A DNA stretch of 64,000 nt from NCBI GenBank assembly GCA_000182565.2, contig KQ257458.1; one strand, written 5' to 3'. Position numbers and translations under genes: made by a program. Source of the stretch: Spizellomyces punctatus DAOM BR117. Lineage: Eukaryota. The notes beneath the pieces were generated by a model. It was not told the DNA's origin. It searched no databases and saw nothing but the letters and a program-made list of their open reading frames with translations. Each line of letters starts with the position of its first letter. Within the stretch, counting starts at the first letter, position 1. Positions 22,001-40,319 of the stretch are shown in pieces.

Positions 22001-24981
22001 ATGCCGAATACGATAGACGAATGTGTCAAGCAGCTTTTGGCTTTCAACGACCAGTTGCGACAGCAGCAAGCTTCCCTCCGAAACTTGCAGGGCCAAATGA
22101 ACTTGCTAATGTTGCAAGTGCAAGCGGTCGTCGACTCGGACAATCCAAATGACCCATGCTTAGCGGTACCGCCAAACATCCAATGCAGCCCTCAAATGGT
22201 CAGAGATGTCAGCACTACCTCACCTTATCCAACCTCACCGCTCATGGACGAAGAGGTAGAGCGAGCCATCAGCATGCAGTTTGATGCTGCCTCCGATATT
22301 GCCAGCGCCAGAACGCCCCCCTATGGACCTTCCGGTTTGCTCAAATCAATGTCCGGTGTTAGCGTGAGGGGACTTTTTGGCATGATTCGAAGTAAGACTG
22401 GCGACATATTTTTGGGTTCCGACGGCTCTTCAGGGCACAAAACGGCCTCACGCATTGGCTTGGCGACGATGAAAGCTATAAGCCGCGAGACGGTCAAATC
22501 TGAAAAACCCCATTGGCGTTCTATCAATAGCGTTCACACTGAAACAAGAGACATGCGGAAAAGAAGCATAACAGATCAACTTAAACCGCATTTTACTCTA
22601 GATACTTCAAGCAAGATTGACTTGAGTGAACGGAGTGAGAGCATGTCAAAATCCTTGGAGAGTCACGGTACGTAGTCTCTCCCATCTCTTCACCCAGCCC
22701 GTACTGTATGATAACTTTGTGGTATCGAACAGAATCCCTACATCAAGGATGCCCTCAAATTATCTTTTCACGAGGTAACACTACCAAAACCTGCATGAAG
22801 GCACAATTGTCTTTGCTGATCAAGGTGACTCTTGTACTGCAGAAAACGATGATTTGGAGGCTCAGGACGCAAATGATATTCGTAAGGAGGCCAGCAAAAG
22901 TGTCGTCCATCTTACGCCCCAACCAGAACCACCGGCGCCAATTCGAAAACCAGTTCCCGCAGCATCAGAGACAAAGTTGCAACGTCCCAGTCTGATTTCG
23001 AGTCTATATCTGATATATTGTGCCGTTCCTCGGTACAATGAATTCGGAGCTAAACTACTGGACACTGAGTTTGCCGTCCTGTTTAGCCAAGTGGATAATT
23101 ACAACGCCTCGCACCTTTTACACCCACGGTCCGAATTCCGAACGTACTGGGATTTTTCAATGTCGTGTGCGTCATCTGGCTTTTTATTCCGTTGATGAAT
23201 CAAACAAAACTGTTCTAACCTATGGAATATGTTTAGTTTTATATCTCATCATGCTGTTCGTCATTCCTATATCGGTCGGATTCCCAAAGGCGCAAGTGAA
23301 TATGACGCCCTTCAGCATCAGCTTCACCTTCTTCTTCGCATGTGATAATTTAATTAATCTGTTTACTATTGCCTACCGCGAGGGTCTTCCATTAAGCACA
23401 TGGGAGTCCTGCAAACGCTACCTATCTGGTCGATTCGCCCTAGATTTGTTCACAGCCCTCCCTTTGGATATCGTTTTCGCCGGATCCGATATACCCTACC
23501 CAGAGTGTTTCTTGCTTCTTCGCCTGTTCCGATTATGGAGCCTGTACACGATAGTTGTTTCCAATCCTTTGCATGGTCGCTTCAGCAACTGGTTCCAGCA
23601 TGCCCTCGGTGTGGGTGGAAGTTTCATGAGTGTATGGCTCTTTGGTGCACTACTACTCATTTATTTGCATCTGTATGCGTGCGGGACCTTTTTGATGGGA
23701 AAATTGACCGGATACGTCAGTTGGGCGAATCTCCCGACCGTGCTAGAGAAATCTCCGAGTGAGCAATATACCTGGGCCTTTTTCGCGGCTATCGGAAACA
23801 CCTTTCCCATCACTGGCTTCAGGTACGGGGGATAAAAAAGTTTCGATGACAAATTTCAACTGAGCGCCGCTCTCTTACTGAGGCCATCTACAGGCCAACT
23901 ACCGCCTTGGAGCAATGGACTACGATCATATGTTGCCTAGTCGGTGCTCTGTTGTACGCTTCCCTCGTCGGTACAATTTCGTCCTTCAGCTTTGGTCTAG
24001 ACTCTTCCGGTCGGATGTATAAACAGAAGATGGACGAAGTCAACGAGTACATGGCCTACAAAAATCTCGGCGATACCCTCAAACGCAAAGTACGATCATT
24101 CTTTCAACTCAAATACAGGGGAAAGTACTTTGATGAAGCGAGCATTCTGAAAGAATTGAATGATAGCTTGCGGCAGGTAACATTTCTCCAAAACCGGAGA
24201 AGGACCATCCTTCAATCCATCATTGATGAATTGTCCCGCGTCCAGGAAATCACTATTCACAATTGTAGAGACCTCATTGCCAAAGTAAACTTTTTATCCC
24301 GCAACGTTGGTGACGGTCGAGATCTCGATTTCCTTGGGCGTATCGCGAATGCACTCAAGGCTGTATACTACATCAAAGGAGATACGATATTTGAACAAGG
24401 AAAAGTAGGTTTACATGGATTGACCAGATGGTACACCTGACTTTAACTAACAACTACCTCTTTCAAAAAAGGTTGGAAACGAAATGTACTTTATTCTGTC
24501 AGGAATGGTCGAAATCATCGTTGCAAATAACCGCGTCGCAACATTATCAGATGGTGCCTTCTTTGGGGAAGTCGCCTTGCTAGGCCAAGTCCCTCGCACA
24601 GCGACAATTCGCGCCGCTGCCGATACTGTCGCTTATCGTCTCGACAGGTCTGACTTTGAAGCCATCTTGGCTGACTTTGACGATATGGCTATTAGAATTC
24701 GACTGGTGTATGAAGAGAGGATGGCCAAAGTTAGGAAGGAAAAGGAAATGGTGGCCAACCAGCAAGTAAATGAACCCAGTAAGAATGACAAGATTCCGGT
24801 TCCAGCAGAAAAGCCTGCTGGGATGAAGCCATCCGATGTGGGTGATCGCTTGCAGGTTTTTTATTTGCAGTCATATCGGCTTAAAAGAACATTTGATTCG
24901 ACATTTAGGTTGACGAAGAGCAAGCATAGTTATATAGCATATATACCCCACTGGGAGGACAATCTCGCATGGCCAAATTAG
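22001..24981 (+). CDS. Cyclic-nucleotide-gated / HCN-like cation channel, multi-exon (ends approximate; may stop at 24929 after a final intron)
   Basis: TM segments (YWDF..., RFALDLFTALPLD, LLRLFRL), C-linker YKQKMDEVNEYM, and CNBD GAFFGEVALLGQVPRTATIRA. Confidence 0.9.
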
Positions 24982-25214
24982 GAAGGGGCAGGTTCTGACA
25001 TGCGCTGGAAAAGCGGTTGTCGTATTCGCTCAGCATAATAATTATTGCACGGCCCAAATATTGGATACCCATTTGGTGATGGGCTACACTACAAAATGAA
25101 ATCATCGCACCTTGCAATCGTGAGTGTTTCCCTCTCATCACGCACAATGATATGTGATCCAGACTCTAATGGCGAAAAGCTTGTCAAAAGGAATGTTGAG
25201 CATCCATTGGCAAG

Positions 25215-25296
25215 TGCACGCTGTGAGATTCGAACTCACGCCTCTTTCGAGACTGGAACTTGAGACCAGCTCCTTAGACCGCTCGGACAAGCGTGC
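25215..25296 (-). tRNA. tRNA-Leu(CAA), identical to 10194-10275
   Basis: Exact reverse complement of the first copy. Confidence 0.97.
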
Positions 25297-26854
25297 TGTT
25301 GAAATTGCAAGTCGCTATGCTTTACAGGACGGGAATGAAAAGCACAGCAGGTAAACAGCAGGTAATGAAGGGCGATAAGAAATTTCGCTATGCCAATAAC
25401 TGTCAGCAATTATGGAGTAATGGGGGGCCGCACGTTTTGCACCCAACTTTATATATCAAGTCGCTCATAAGAACAGCAAAAAATAAAAGAAATCCGGTTT
25501 GAACACAATGAGGAATACAAGCAGATTAAGCGGTAAACTCTTGAATGGAATAATCACAAACGGCACCAACGTCTGCGGCGCTTTAACGGCGAGCCGGGGG
25601 TCTCGGAGCAATATTTTATGGAACGGGTAACTCTAAGTTAAAACAAACATGCAATGGCTGGGGGGCTGAGGGGAGTGTGATCTTTTACAAGTTAGGGCTG
25701 AATCGGGGCGTTCAAAAAAACCAAGTTTCACACTCACCACTTGTCTCCAATTGCATTCAAACGCGTTTCATGTGGTTCCACAACCAGTGCATGAGAATGG
25801 AATTCAGAATGGAATCTATTGTCAAGTGGATGGAATGCACTTTATAACCTGATAAGATTTGTTGGAATGCCTCGATTTCAATTGTGTTGCATTTTAGTTA
25901 TCGAGTCTTTTTGTTCTTGTTCTTTGCCCAAAACAAGCTCGATTGCTCAAGATTATATATGAATGCAAAAGGGACCCTCCCCCGCAAAACACACACACAC
26001 ACACTCACGAACGGACTTGCAGCGCATCTGACGACATTCATTCCCTGGGTGTGTCATATCGATACATAGCGCTTTGCTGAGTACAGTTGTAAAAAAGTTA
26101 TTAAAAGTCGAGAAAGAACGTACGAAATCTCTCAAGTTGCTGAAAAGCAAGGTTGACCAACCTCATTCAACAACACAAGAAACAACTCTCAACACACACA
26201 CACAAGAGATTGTTGAAGGCTCAGCATAAAATCGAATTGGAAAAAAGAAAAGGAGGTAAAAAGGCGGTTAAAATGCCACGTTTTGATGAGTTAATGGAAT
26301 TTTCAATTAATTTCCTTCTCCTCGACAGGAGGTGAACAGTGTGGTTGGGCTTTTTCAACATTTTGAACAACTCCTTTACTATTTGGCACTGCCCATTACG
26401 TAGGTATTTTTGATGCGCTCGAGGGTGTCAAAAGCCTTCTTTTGCTCGCCGTGTTTTTTACGCGTTCTTCTTGGAACACTTTAACTGAAATCACACATGT
26501 TTATCCCTTTCCTTCCACACGCCAGTTCCCTCGCACGATTCGTAAAATACCCCGCACTGTCCCGATTGACGTGCGCTGCATTTGACAGTGGAAAAGCCCT
26601 GAAAGCCCAATATTTGACATCGCGTTCCCCCTCTTACAAGGTTGCAACTCTGGTTAAAGGTGCTTTGTCGTTTTTCTGCGCAGTATCGAAAACGGATCTG
26701 TCGGTATGTATGACGCTTGTCAATTGCTACTCTCGGTGAAAGCTCTATAAAGACGCCGCGTGTTCACTTGGTTCTCCATCATTGACCAATCTCTCCATTC
26801 TCCACTTTGAAGACAGTGCTCACCCAACATTGCTCTCGTGCAGCCAACCATCTC

Positions 26855-28012
26855 ATGTTTCGCTTCTTCAAATCACGCAAGGCTCAGTCGAGCAAAGTAG
26901 AGTCGGCCCAATCAGGTTCGACCAAATCAGGGCCAGTGACGGTTATCGAAGCAGCTGTCAAATCCGCAAACCCAACACCCTCCATTCCAAGTTTGCAAAA
27001 CATCACTGTCCAGCCTCCGGATTCAGCCGAATCACTAAAGAACTCATACAAGACCTCCTCGTTGCCATCCTTTACTACGGACAAGTCTGCATCCAATGGG
27101 CTCCAGCAGCAGCCCAATAGCGCCCGGCGCGAGTGGCGTCAGAGGAGGGCATCTCTCATGGTTGTTCCTCCTCCTACCCCAGCCCCCACGCCACCAACTC
27201 CGACCTCGAAGCCTGCTCCTGACATGAAACAAGCGAAAGCCCGACCTCTTTCCGCAATTGTGGAACCTTCCAGGACGAGAACTGGGACAGCTGGCGAAAA
27301 TCCACATCACAGGCGCCGCAGATCATCTGTTATTGATCCTTCGACTTTGAAATTTCCGGAACTAAATAAGAGTACCGACATGACTCTCCGTGAGAAACCG
27401 ACATACACCCGGGCCGATTCTGCTGTCTCCCTCGTATCATCCTCCCAAAGTTCCAACGACGACAACGAGAATATCGCATTGGGTCTGCTGTCAAAAGCAT
27501 CACATTTCCTACCACCGGCGCTATCTGCTGACAAACAGAGACGACTGAGCCAAATTCCAGCCATTCCACCCGCTCCTATGCCACCCACCATGACTCCGTT
27601 TCCGCAGCTGGCGCTCGAAGACGACGATGAACTCCCGTTATTCATTGTTCAACAGGGTCTCACTGACAAAAGCGGCAAACGCGGACTACAATCTACTACT
27701 TTATCCACCAATACTGACAAGCCAAAGCATCGCCGCCATTCTCGAACTTCATCTTTTCACGCCGTCAATGTAGAGTCAGCAAACGCTTCAGTTAAACGTA
27801 GCAGAAGGTCGAGCATGTCGAGCATGAGTTCGGACTGCGTCAAAGTGACGGTTCCTCATCAGAATTATTATATGCCGATGCAATGTTCTCGAGCGTACGG
27901 TCAGCAGCGGACGACATTTGTAGATCTCAACGCAGATATTCAGGCATATGCACCTCTTCTTGCGCAGCAATATGGTTCTTGGATGGGTACTGTGGGGATG
28001 GTGAAGCAATGA
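26855..28012 (+). CDS. Hypothetical Ser/Pro/Arg-rich disordered protein
   Basis: Long uninterrupted ORF with TATA-like CTATAAA at ~26745 and several RRxS motifs. No recognisable domain. Confidence 0.7.
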   Translation: MFRFFKSRKAQSSKVESAQSGSTKSGPVTVIEAAVKSANPTPSIPSLQNITVQPPDSAESLKNSYKTSSLPSFTTDKSASNGLQQQPNSARREWRQRRASLMVVPPPTPAPTPPTPTSKPAPDMKQAKARPLSAIVEPSRTRTGTAGENPHHRRRRSSVIDPSTLKFPELNKSTDMTLREKPTYTRADSAVSLVSSSQSSNDDNENIALGLLSKASHFLPPALSADKQRRLSQIPAIPPAPMPPTMTPFPQLALEDDDELPLFIVQQGLTDKSGKRGLQSTTLSTNTDKPKHRRHSRTSSFHAVNVESANASVKRSRRSSMSSMSSDCVKVTVPHQNYYMPMQCSRAYGQQRTTFVDLNADIQAYAPLLAQQYGSWMGTVGMVKQ

Positions 28013-29040
28013 TTTTATAATTGTAATTATGCCAGCAGTGATTGAATTTAGGGATTGGCTTTTATCTTTCAGTATATATTGCATCCAAGTAATAGATCGC
28101 TATTAGGTTGTTCATAAACAAACCCCTTTATTGTTCTCCTTGTGCGGTAATCCGCCACCTTTCTCATTCAGAATAAAACCGTGACCTGAATATTCGATAG
28201 ACCTGAAGGGCTTGCGGCTGCCTTGCCAGAATCCAGACTACTAGCTTGCGGGTTCTGTAACCCCCACACAAGTTGACAGGGACGGCCTGCAGGTTGGGAA
28301 TGAGACAAGCATACATGGATATTCTCTCAATTCAGATGCCTTGCCATGATGTTTGCAAGCTTGTAAACCAAGTAAATCAGCGCTTTGAACACTTGTGTGG
28401 TTGGAGGTGTTCAAATCCGACAAGTCGGTTGCCAAGAGCGGTTGCTACCCTATCCGGTTAAAAATTTGCGAACCTGGTCATGCAAATTTATTCGGTGGCA
28501 CAGCTGCTCATCCATTCCCCCCCTTGTTGACGAAAGTGGAACGAAACCTCTCCCGTCAACACCAACTTGTCGTTTTGTTGAAATCTCGTCGACATTTTGC
28601 AGTTTGTTCTTCCTCGCATTTCTCGTCCATTGAACTAGGGGAATTGCCTGTCGCTCGGAGCTTCCAAATATTCTCTGCAAATAACGTTCCGTCAGAGTTG
28701 CATTCACCTGCCGGTCGGTTGTTAATCCGAGTGAAATCGATTTGACATTGTTTCGCAATTGTTGGAGCAGTTTCCAATTACTAGGTAGGTTCAGACAGGG
28801 ACGAATATTAGACATAGTTTGGACTTTCTGAAATATACTATAATGTCTGCGGGCATAGCGTTTGAACTGACATTTGTTCCTCTCCCCAGCATTACTGGTA
28901 CCGGCGGAAAAGCGTACCACAAGCACCGCATACTCTTTTATTTGCTACAAAAATAGGCCTCAGTCAATCAAAGGAAGAAAAAGGATCATCATCTCATCCG
29001 CACATTTCCCGTCATCCCCTTGCCCCGAGCGGTTGTTCCC

Positions 29041-29691
29041 ATGTATACCGAAGTGCGAACAGCAGCCACGTTTCTCGCCAAATTCCTGCAAAGCAAATCC
29101 TCATCTGCTTCCGCAACGGCAGAACGTCTACTGACGTTTGAGCAGGCCCTTGTGGATCGGCTGATGGAAAGATTCAAAGGACATTGGGATCCGCAGCGGC
29201 CTTGTAAAGGAAACGCGTTTAGAGCAGTCTGTGTATTGAATGGAGTGGTGGATCGTGTTGTGGTGGAAGCGCTGATGGCTGCGGGAATAAAAGCAGAAGG
29301 TAAGTTCTCTCCGCCCAAAGAGCGAAAAGAGGATAGCAGTCCTTTCATCATGGTTCCGCCATCTAAGGTTCAACACTAACCCTCTTTATCAGAACTCAAC
29401 TTCCCAACAGAACTCGTGCTATGGATTGATCCACATTGCGTAAGTTATCGGATCGGCGATTTTGGCCAGGTCGTAACGGTATGGGAGAACAAGACTGCGT
29501 TAGATTCGGACGCTGTCGAGGTGCCCCATTTTTTCAAAACGAATAACCGGACGAGATCCCCGTCGTTCGGCCGCTCTCAAGCGCAGACGCCACCACCCAT
29601 GTCGCAAGGACAACCCCAGACCCCCCCACCTTTATCTTCCATGCACCCCCACTCGCAATATCCTTATCAAAAAGCCGTGATGGCCAATTGA
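29041..29691 (+). CDS. BTG/Tob family antiproliferative protein (CAF1-binding), 2 exons
   Basis: MYTEVRTAATFL...RFKGHWDPQRPCKGNAFRAV (box A) and FPTELVLWIDPHCVSYRIGD (box B). Intron at ~29300-29391. Confidence 0.9.
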
Positions 29692-30395
29692 TTTTTTTGT
29701 TATGAATTATCACTCTGTGTCTCTTATCTTGTGTAAGATGGATCTTCTGCTGTACAAAGTTTGTATTGTCATTAATTACATACAATCCGTTTTATGTCTG
29801 TGTTTTCTGTGGGCGATTGATGCTTGCGATGGATTACCATCTTGTTGATGATTACCCTTTGTGATGTCGTCACGTGATAGAATGAAATGGAAATCAGAAC
29901 TGAATCGCTGCCTCCACTGGTGCCCAATCTATCCGAAAGGAAATCCATCTAGTTCCCACGTTCTGCATTACTTCTTTGTACAGCAAGAAACAGCCATTGC
30001 TGTGCAGTCATCGTTGCTTCTTGTCGTGATATAGGCAACACACTTCTCCAGGCGGATTACTTGTTCATATTCCCACGAGGTAAACTGCTTTTGTGTACGG
30101 GCGTTGTTTTCTCCGCTGGATGCGTTTTGATCGCTGAGCTGACATTTCCTTATGCCAATTGGCGTACAGAGTCTTTAATATACCCAAGGTAGTGGCGTTC
30201 TCACCCCAGTTCTTATGGTTGTGTTGTCGTTGTTCTCTGGTGCTGGGCACTTGAGGACGGTATATGAATGGGCAAGGACTTCGGGACTTGTGAGCTAATT
30301 GATATCGCACGGGCCAATTCCCGTTGCGGCGTGAGTAGAAGACATCTTTCTGACCCTGTGTATGCTTTTTCTGATCCTGTTGGGATAGCATTCGG

Positions 30396-33059
30396 ATGTG
30401 GGACGCGGGCGCTTACGATGTAAATTCCGCTAACGGATATGATCCTTCGTATTATGGAGCCGAATGGAATGGATATCAGGATGTTGGCGACCCGGCGCCG
30501 CCGGGAGTTGATCCTGCGCCCCCTGGAGTAGATCAAGGTTGGTGATCGATGACATGTTTTTTTACGTTCATTGACGTGTAAGCTGACAAGTTGTTTGCCA
30601 TGAATCTAGCTCAAGGTTGGTCAACAACAGGGCAACAATGGGCAGAACACACAGAGTCTGGGGCTCAGTCGGGTGTTCCCACCGCCAGCACAATAGAACC
30701 CGTAGTTGAGACCTCATCAGTGTCGACACTTCAAGCACCAGACTCTAATGGCAAAATTGATCCACCTAGCGCTGTAGCTGGTGCGGCAGCTGCTATACCG
30801 TCGGAAGGGGCTGAGGCAACGGCGTCTGCTGTGCAAGGAGATTGGTCACAGTACCAGGGGTATGACTATACGGCCTACAGTGGCTATGGATATTATGACC
30901 CTAACACCGCCTACTATGGAACCGCTGGATATCAGTATACGGGACAAGCTTATGGCCAATATTACGGTACTGCATATGCTGCTGCTGCGGGTATGGGTCC
31001 AGGCGATGGAAAGATCCTTTTGAGTGTCGAATATGGCTGCTAATCATCCGACATTCCTTGTAGCGGCCCCTAAAGAAATCCACAATCCTTTTGAAGAAAT
31101 GAAAAAGAAGCAAGTTGAAGAAGCGAAACCAGTTGAGAAGAAGGTTGTAGAGAAAAGGAAAGTTGTTGTTATCCGACCAAAGCTTGGCCCAAAGGACAAA
31201 CATGGCGTAAAATTGGAGAATGCTTCGGATCAGGAAAAGCTGGACAGCACAGAGAAAGAGCCTTCTGCAAGTAACGGCTGTGCTAATGGTCATAATCTGC
31301 AGAATGTAATACCTGTTGCTCGTCTTGATAAGCAACCTGAGCAGGGCGACGTGAGCGTTCAAGCTGCCCAGCTGGATATCAATGATCAGGTTGACAAACT
31401 GGTTAAAGAGGTACATGCGGCGAGAAGCTTGAAAGAAGATAATGGCCGGACTGCGAAGAAAGAGGTTAGTGCTAAACGGAATTCTCTTCCAAATTGATGG
31501 TCCAAGCGAGTACTTAGTAACCTGCTGTTATTAGCCTGCAGCGAGAGCCATGGCAGATGAGACTAGTAAGCCCACAGGTGCCGGCTCTTTGGAAGTCGCA
31601 TTGCAAGAAAAGGAAAATATAACAGGGGGTGGCGACGGCAGTTTAAAATACGGCGACCGAGCAGGCTCGATTAAAGACAACGACGCTGAGGTGAGAGCGC
31701 CTAGAGTTAATGGCGAAAAGATATTGGAGGAGGCGGCAGGTACGTCCTCGTTGGGGGCCCTTCCTGTACCAAGTGCTCTTTGCTGATAATCTTATTTCCA
31801 AAGATATGGATGTTGATCCCTCTGATGACGATGAACTCGTTCTGACAGATTCGGATGAACCGAAAGCATTACGGTCGCGGGTTCTAGCTGATAAACGAGC
31901 CGCCGCAGCGAACAACCGAGTTGAATTACGTATTGGTCAAGGCCGAACATCGTCGTCAGCAGCTGTTCCTTTCTTCGTGGAAGGAACAGACGTAAATGGA
32001 GATACCAAAGGGAGCAGAGTGTCCATGACAAGCAAGCAAATCAGTAGCCGAAATGCAGCAGCTGAAGCTTTAGCTGCTGCTCGGGCAGCAGCAGCTAACA
32101 TAAATAAAAGGGAGGGGTATCGTGATGATCACCGTCCACGGCGGGGACGAGGACGTGACAGGTACACTTCGAGACGGTATGGAAGGTACCGAAGGTCGTC
32201 ACGATCCCCGTCCATGTCTCGATCGCGGTCGCGTTCAAGGTCTCGTCCCCGGTCTCGTTCCATGTCCAAATCGCGTTCTCCTGACCGCCGCCGGCACAGC
32301 AATGGACGCACATTATCGCCGTCAAACTTATCTGCAGGCGACCGGTCATATCATTCAAAGCGCGATGTGCCGAGGCGCCGTTCGCCATCAGCTGAGTATC
32401 GTCCTTCGCAGACTAATCGTGACGCTAAGGGAAGGCGCGCCGACGTGCATGAGTTCCCGGCTTATTCCCACCACACTAGCGACATACGACGTGGAACCAA
32501 TGCGTTAGGACGTGACGGGGAAGAGCGTCCAATTCGTCGACGTTCCAGATCGCCATTGAAGCATTCTTTGGCTGAGCCGGGTTTAAGTTCGGATAGTGCG
32601 TCTGAGAGTGAGGCTGCAATTGGCATCGATGCTGCTAAGTTGTCCCGGAAGGAAGGCGATAAGTCTGGAGAACGCCATCACAGAGATAGTAGCAAACGCA
32701 GCAAGCACCGTCGTCACAAATCCAGCCGCAGTTCCCGTACGGAGAAACAGGACAGCGACACGGAATCCCTTCAACCAGAAGGAAAACTTTTAGACGATGC
32801 CTCTTTGGAAGCGGATGTCCGTCGTGAACATAAGACAAGTCCTAGCAGTGGCAGAAAAGAGCACAGAAGCAGCAAGCACAAGCACAGCCGTCACAAAAGC
32901 AGTCGGCATAAATCCAGTTCATCTAGCAAGCGCGAAGAAAACGAAGAGGGACGACACCGATCACGCCGTAAGCGTGAGGATGAGGAAACTCACGACGAAC
33001 GAGCAAAGAGGAGACGAGAGTTGGACGAGAAGGCAGACAGTGGGATCACCGTACATTAA
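30396..33059 (+). CDS. Hypothetical RS-domain protein with Tyr/Gly-rich N-terminus, multi-exon
   Basis: Chain of ORFs joined by plausible GT-AG introns, an RSRSRSRSR tract and Y/G-rich low-complexity segments. Confidence 0.65.
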
Positions 33060-33429
33060 CTAACCATGCATGGATATGTGTAGGATTTCCATCTTGTGAA
33101 CACGGTGGCCAGTGGTTTGCAACGGAAAGGGCCAGACATTGTATTCTAATTCTTTGAAATATCATCATGTGCCTTTCTTCTCTTGGATGTGCCATTTCAT
33201 GAAATGTGTTCTGTTTATCATATCCATGTGCCTATGTAGTTATTTCATATTCAGTTCATTCTTCCTCCTCTTCTGTCGCGTGGCTTGGGTCCTCTTCGGA
33301 CGATCACAGTCTTCGGACAACCTAGAGTGGCACAGCACTTGTCGGGGCGATCGACGTTGGCTTCTGGTGCGCATCGACGACTTGTCCATATCACAACGTA
33401 GTTCAAGTAAGGGACTAGACTTTTAAAAC

Positions 33430-38162
<4,733 letters not shown>

Positions 38163-38412
38163 GAATACGAGATATTGGGGATGGTGATTGTATATAATTT
38201 GCATAAAGAAAAGCAGCAAGTGTCGCATGCATAAGCTTGGGTTTTGTAAAAATGTCTACGGGTTCACAAAGGAAGGAGGAAAGTCCCCTGACGTTAGACT
38301 CTCACTGCCAGATAACAAAATAACGAACGCTATAAAGAAATTGGCATCACATTAACGCCGTAAGCGCTTTTGTCAAATCAAAATAATAATAAAAAAAAAA
38401 TCTAGTGTCAAA

Positions 38413-40319
38413 TCAAATACCCTCATCCAATCCAACACACCGCAACAAGAGCCTCTTGTAATCCCCAGAAGTAACATCCTCTACACGCCTATACAAACTC
38501 TTTCCAAACACCGCTTCATAGGCGTTCCTCACCAGCCGCATGACTCTTGGGTCGCGGTGTCGCACGGTCAGGCGAATAAGGGTGCTATCGTGAATCCCAA
38601 AAAGACCGTGGAGGGAAGATTCAAAGAGAGTCGCTACATGGGCTGGCCGATTTTGAATTGAGTGAACTAAAAGTTGGGAAGGGTCATGTTGGGATGGTCA
38701 GTCCTTTGCCCTCTGCTACTAGTTGTCAAGCAAATTACTCACCTAATGCAATTAATCCCTTCTCCAAGTCCCCGCCGGAATGTTTCCTAATGAGCGACTC
38801 TATTGGCATTCCATGTTTCCGCTGGTAGGTTTCAAACAGCGCCAGCAAGTGAGCGTCAGACCGTCCACACAATGTGGCGATAAACACACTTTGATCAGTA
38901 CTCCATCGCGATTTTCTGGATTCTTGGAACAAGGCCTCGACATCAGCTTCGACATCGTACATTTGTTCCGTTTCGTCTCGTGATGCTTGTAAAACGGCTA
39001 TCAATAGCTTCTTGAGATGGCTGGACGTCTCGTTTGATATTACATCTTCGAGCTTTTTCATGTAAAGGTCGAAATACGCTTCTTTGATGGCGGCTAGTTC
39101 GGCATTGGAGCGCCCAATCAAGATCTGCAGTGAAAGTGTGATCCAACAACATCAATGATGGTGAATGGGGACATTGCGAATTTAGGCAGGTCATACCTCA
39201 ATGAGTACGTCCTCATTGGTACCCACACCAGACTGTAACCACCAAAAATATCAGCAAAAAGGACGTCTCTCCTCCTTTGCCAACATGGGAACTTCAACAT
39301 ACCACAGCATCTCGTAGGCATTCTGCATCATATTCAGGAAGGGGTGTTGCCAAACCGACGCATAGCTTTCCAAAATTACCAGAGAGGTGACTCTTCAAAT
39401 CGTCCGCCAGGGATTTACCGTATGAAGCTTTGTACGCTTGAGCGATTTGGGTGCACTGGTCTGGTGTGCGCGTGCCAAGGATGTTGATGATGGTTTTTGT
39501 ATCTACATAATACTCTTATTTAATATATCTCTGTGAATAGGTTAACAATTTTGAGTTCTTACCAACACCATGTCCGTCGACACCTTTGAGTGCATTTCGC
39601 AAAGCCTGAACATTCTCTGCAGCGTCTGCATTGGAAAGCGGTGCAAACGGGTCTGCGAGAAGTAGCTGAGCGGAAGCTTCTGGACCTACCGCCAGCTGAA
39701 GACCTGAAGGGCCTCCTCTCACGCTTGCAGCTAGAACTGTTTCGTTGTCAACGTCATTTGCACCCCACTGCTGCTGTGAATAAATCGAGGCTGCTTCCGC
39801 ACTTCGTGGAGCATCAATGCCGTGATTTGGCAATTGCACTGATACTGTGGCAGGAAAAGAAACCGGTGACTGCTGAACAGTGGGCGAAGTTGACCATTTG
39901 GATGTTAATAGTGCAGGTGAAACAGGGGACTGGGGTACTTGAATCGTCACTGTAGCTGGGAGAGAAACGGACTCGGCTGGCTCCGGCGAGGTAGGTATTT
40001 GTATGCGAAGATTTGAATCATGCACAGAAGCCATTGATGACCGGCGAGACCCAAATGCGGCTTGTGGAGTTTCGAGGAGGAGAGATGGTGATCGGGATCG
40101 GGAGCGGGATCTTAATTCATTTCTTGACCCACTGGGACTAGGAGATCGAGGGCGACTGGGTGGGTAGCTGCGCTGTGGTGAAGGTAAGAGTGTCGCTGCT
40201 GTCGGAATGAGTTGAGATGATTGACCTGATTGCGGGACGAGTGTCGGTGCAAGGTATGCGCTGGTAACTAGCGGACCTTGTGTGGGGGACTGTTGATTAT
40301 ATGAATTTTGGTAAAGCAT
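38413..40319 (-). CDS. Annexin with long Ser/Pro-rich N-terminus, multi-exon
   Basis: Annexin repeats GVGTNEDVLIE...GRSNAELAAIKEAY, ETSSHLKKLL and GIHDSTLIRLTV...TSGDYKRLLL. Confidence 0.92.

Noticed and set aside
25320-26750. Long intergenic region with short ORFs and CA runs
   Set aside because: No recognisable motif, structure or repeat unit; treated as promoter/intergenic DNA.
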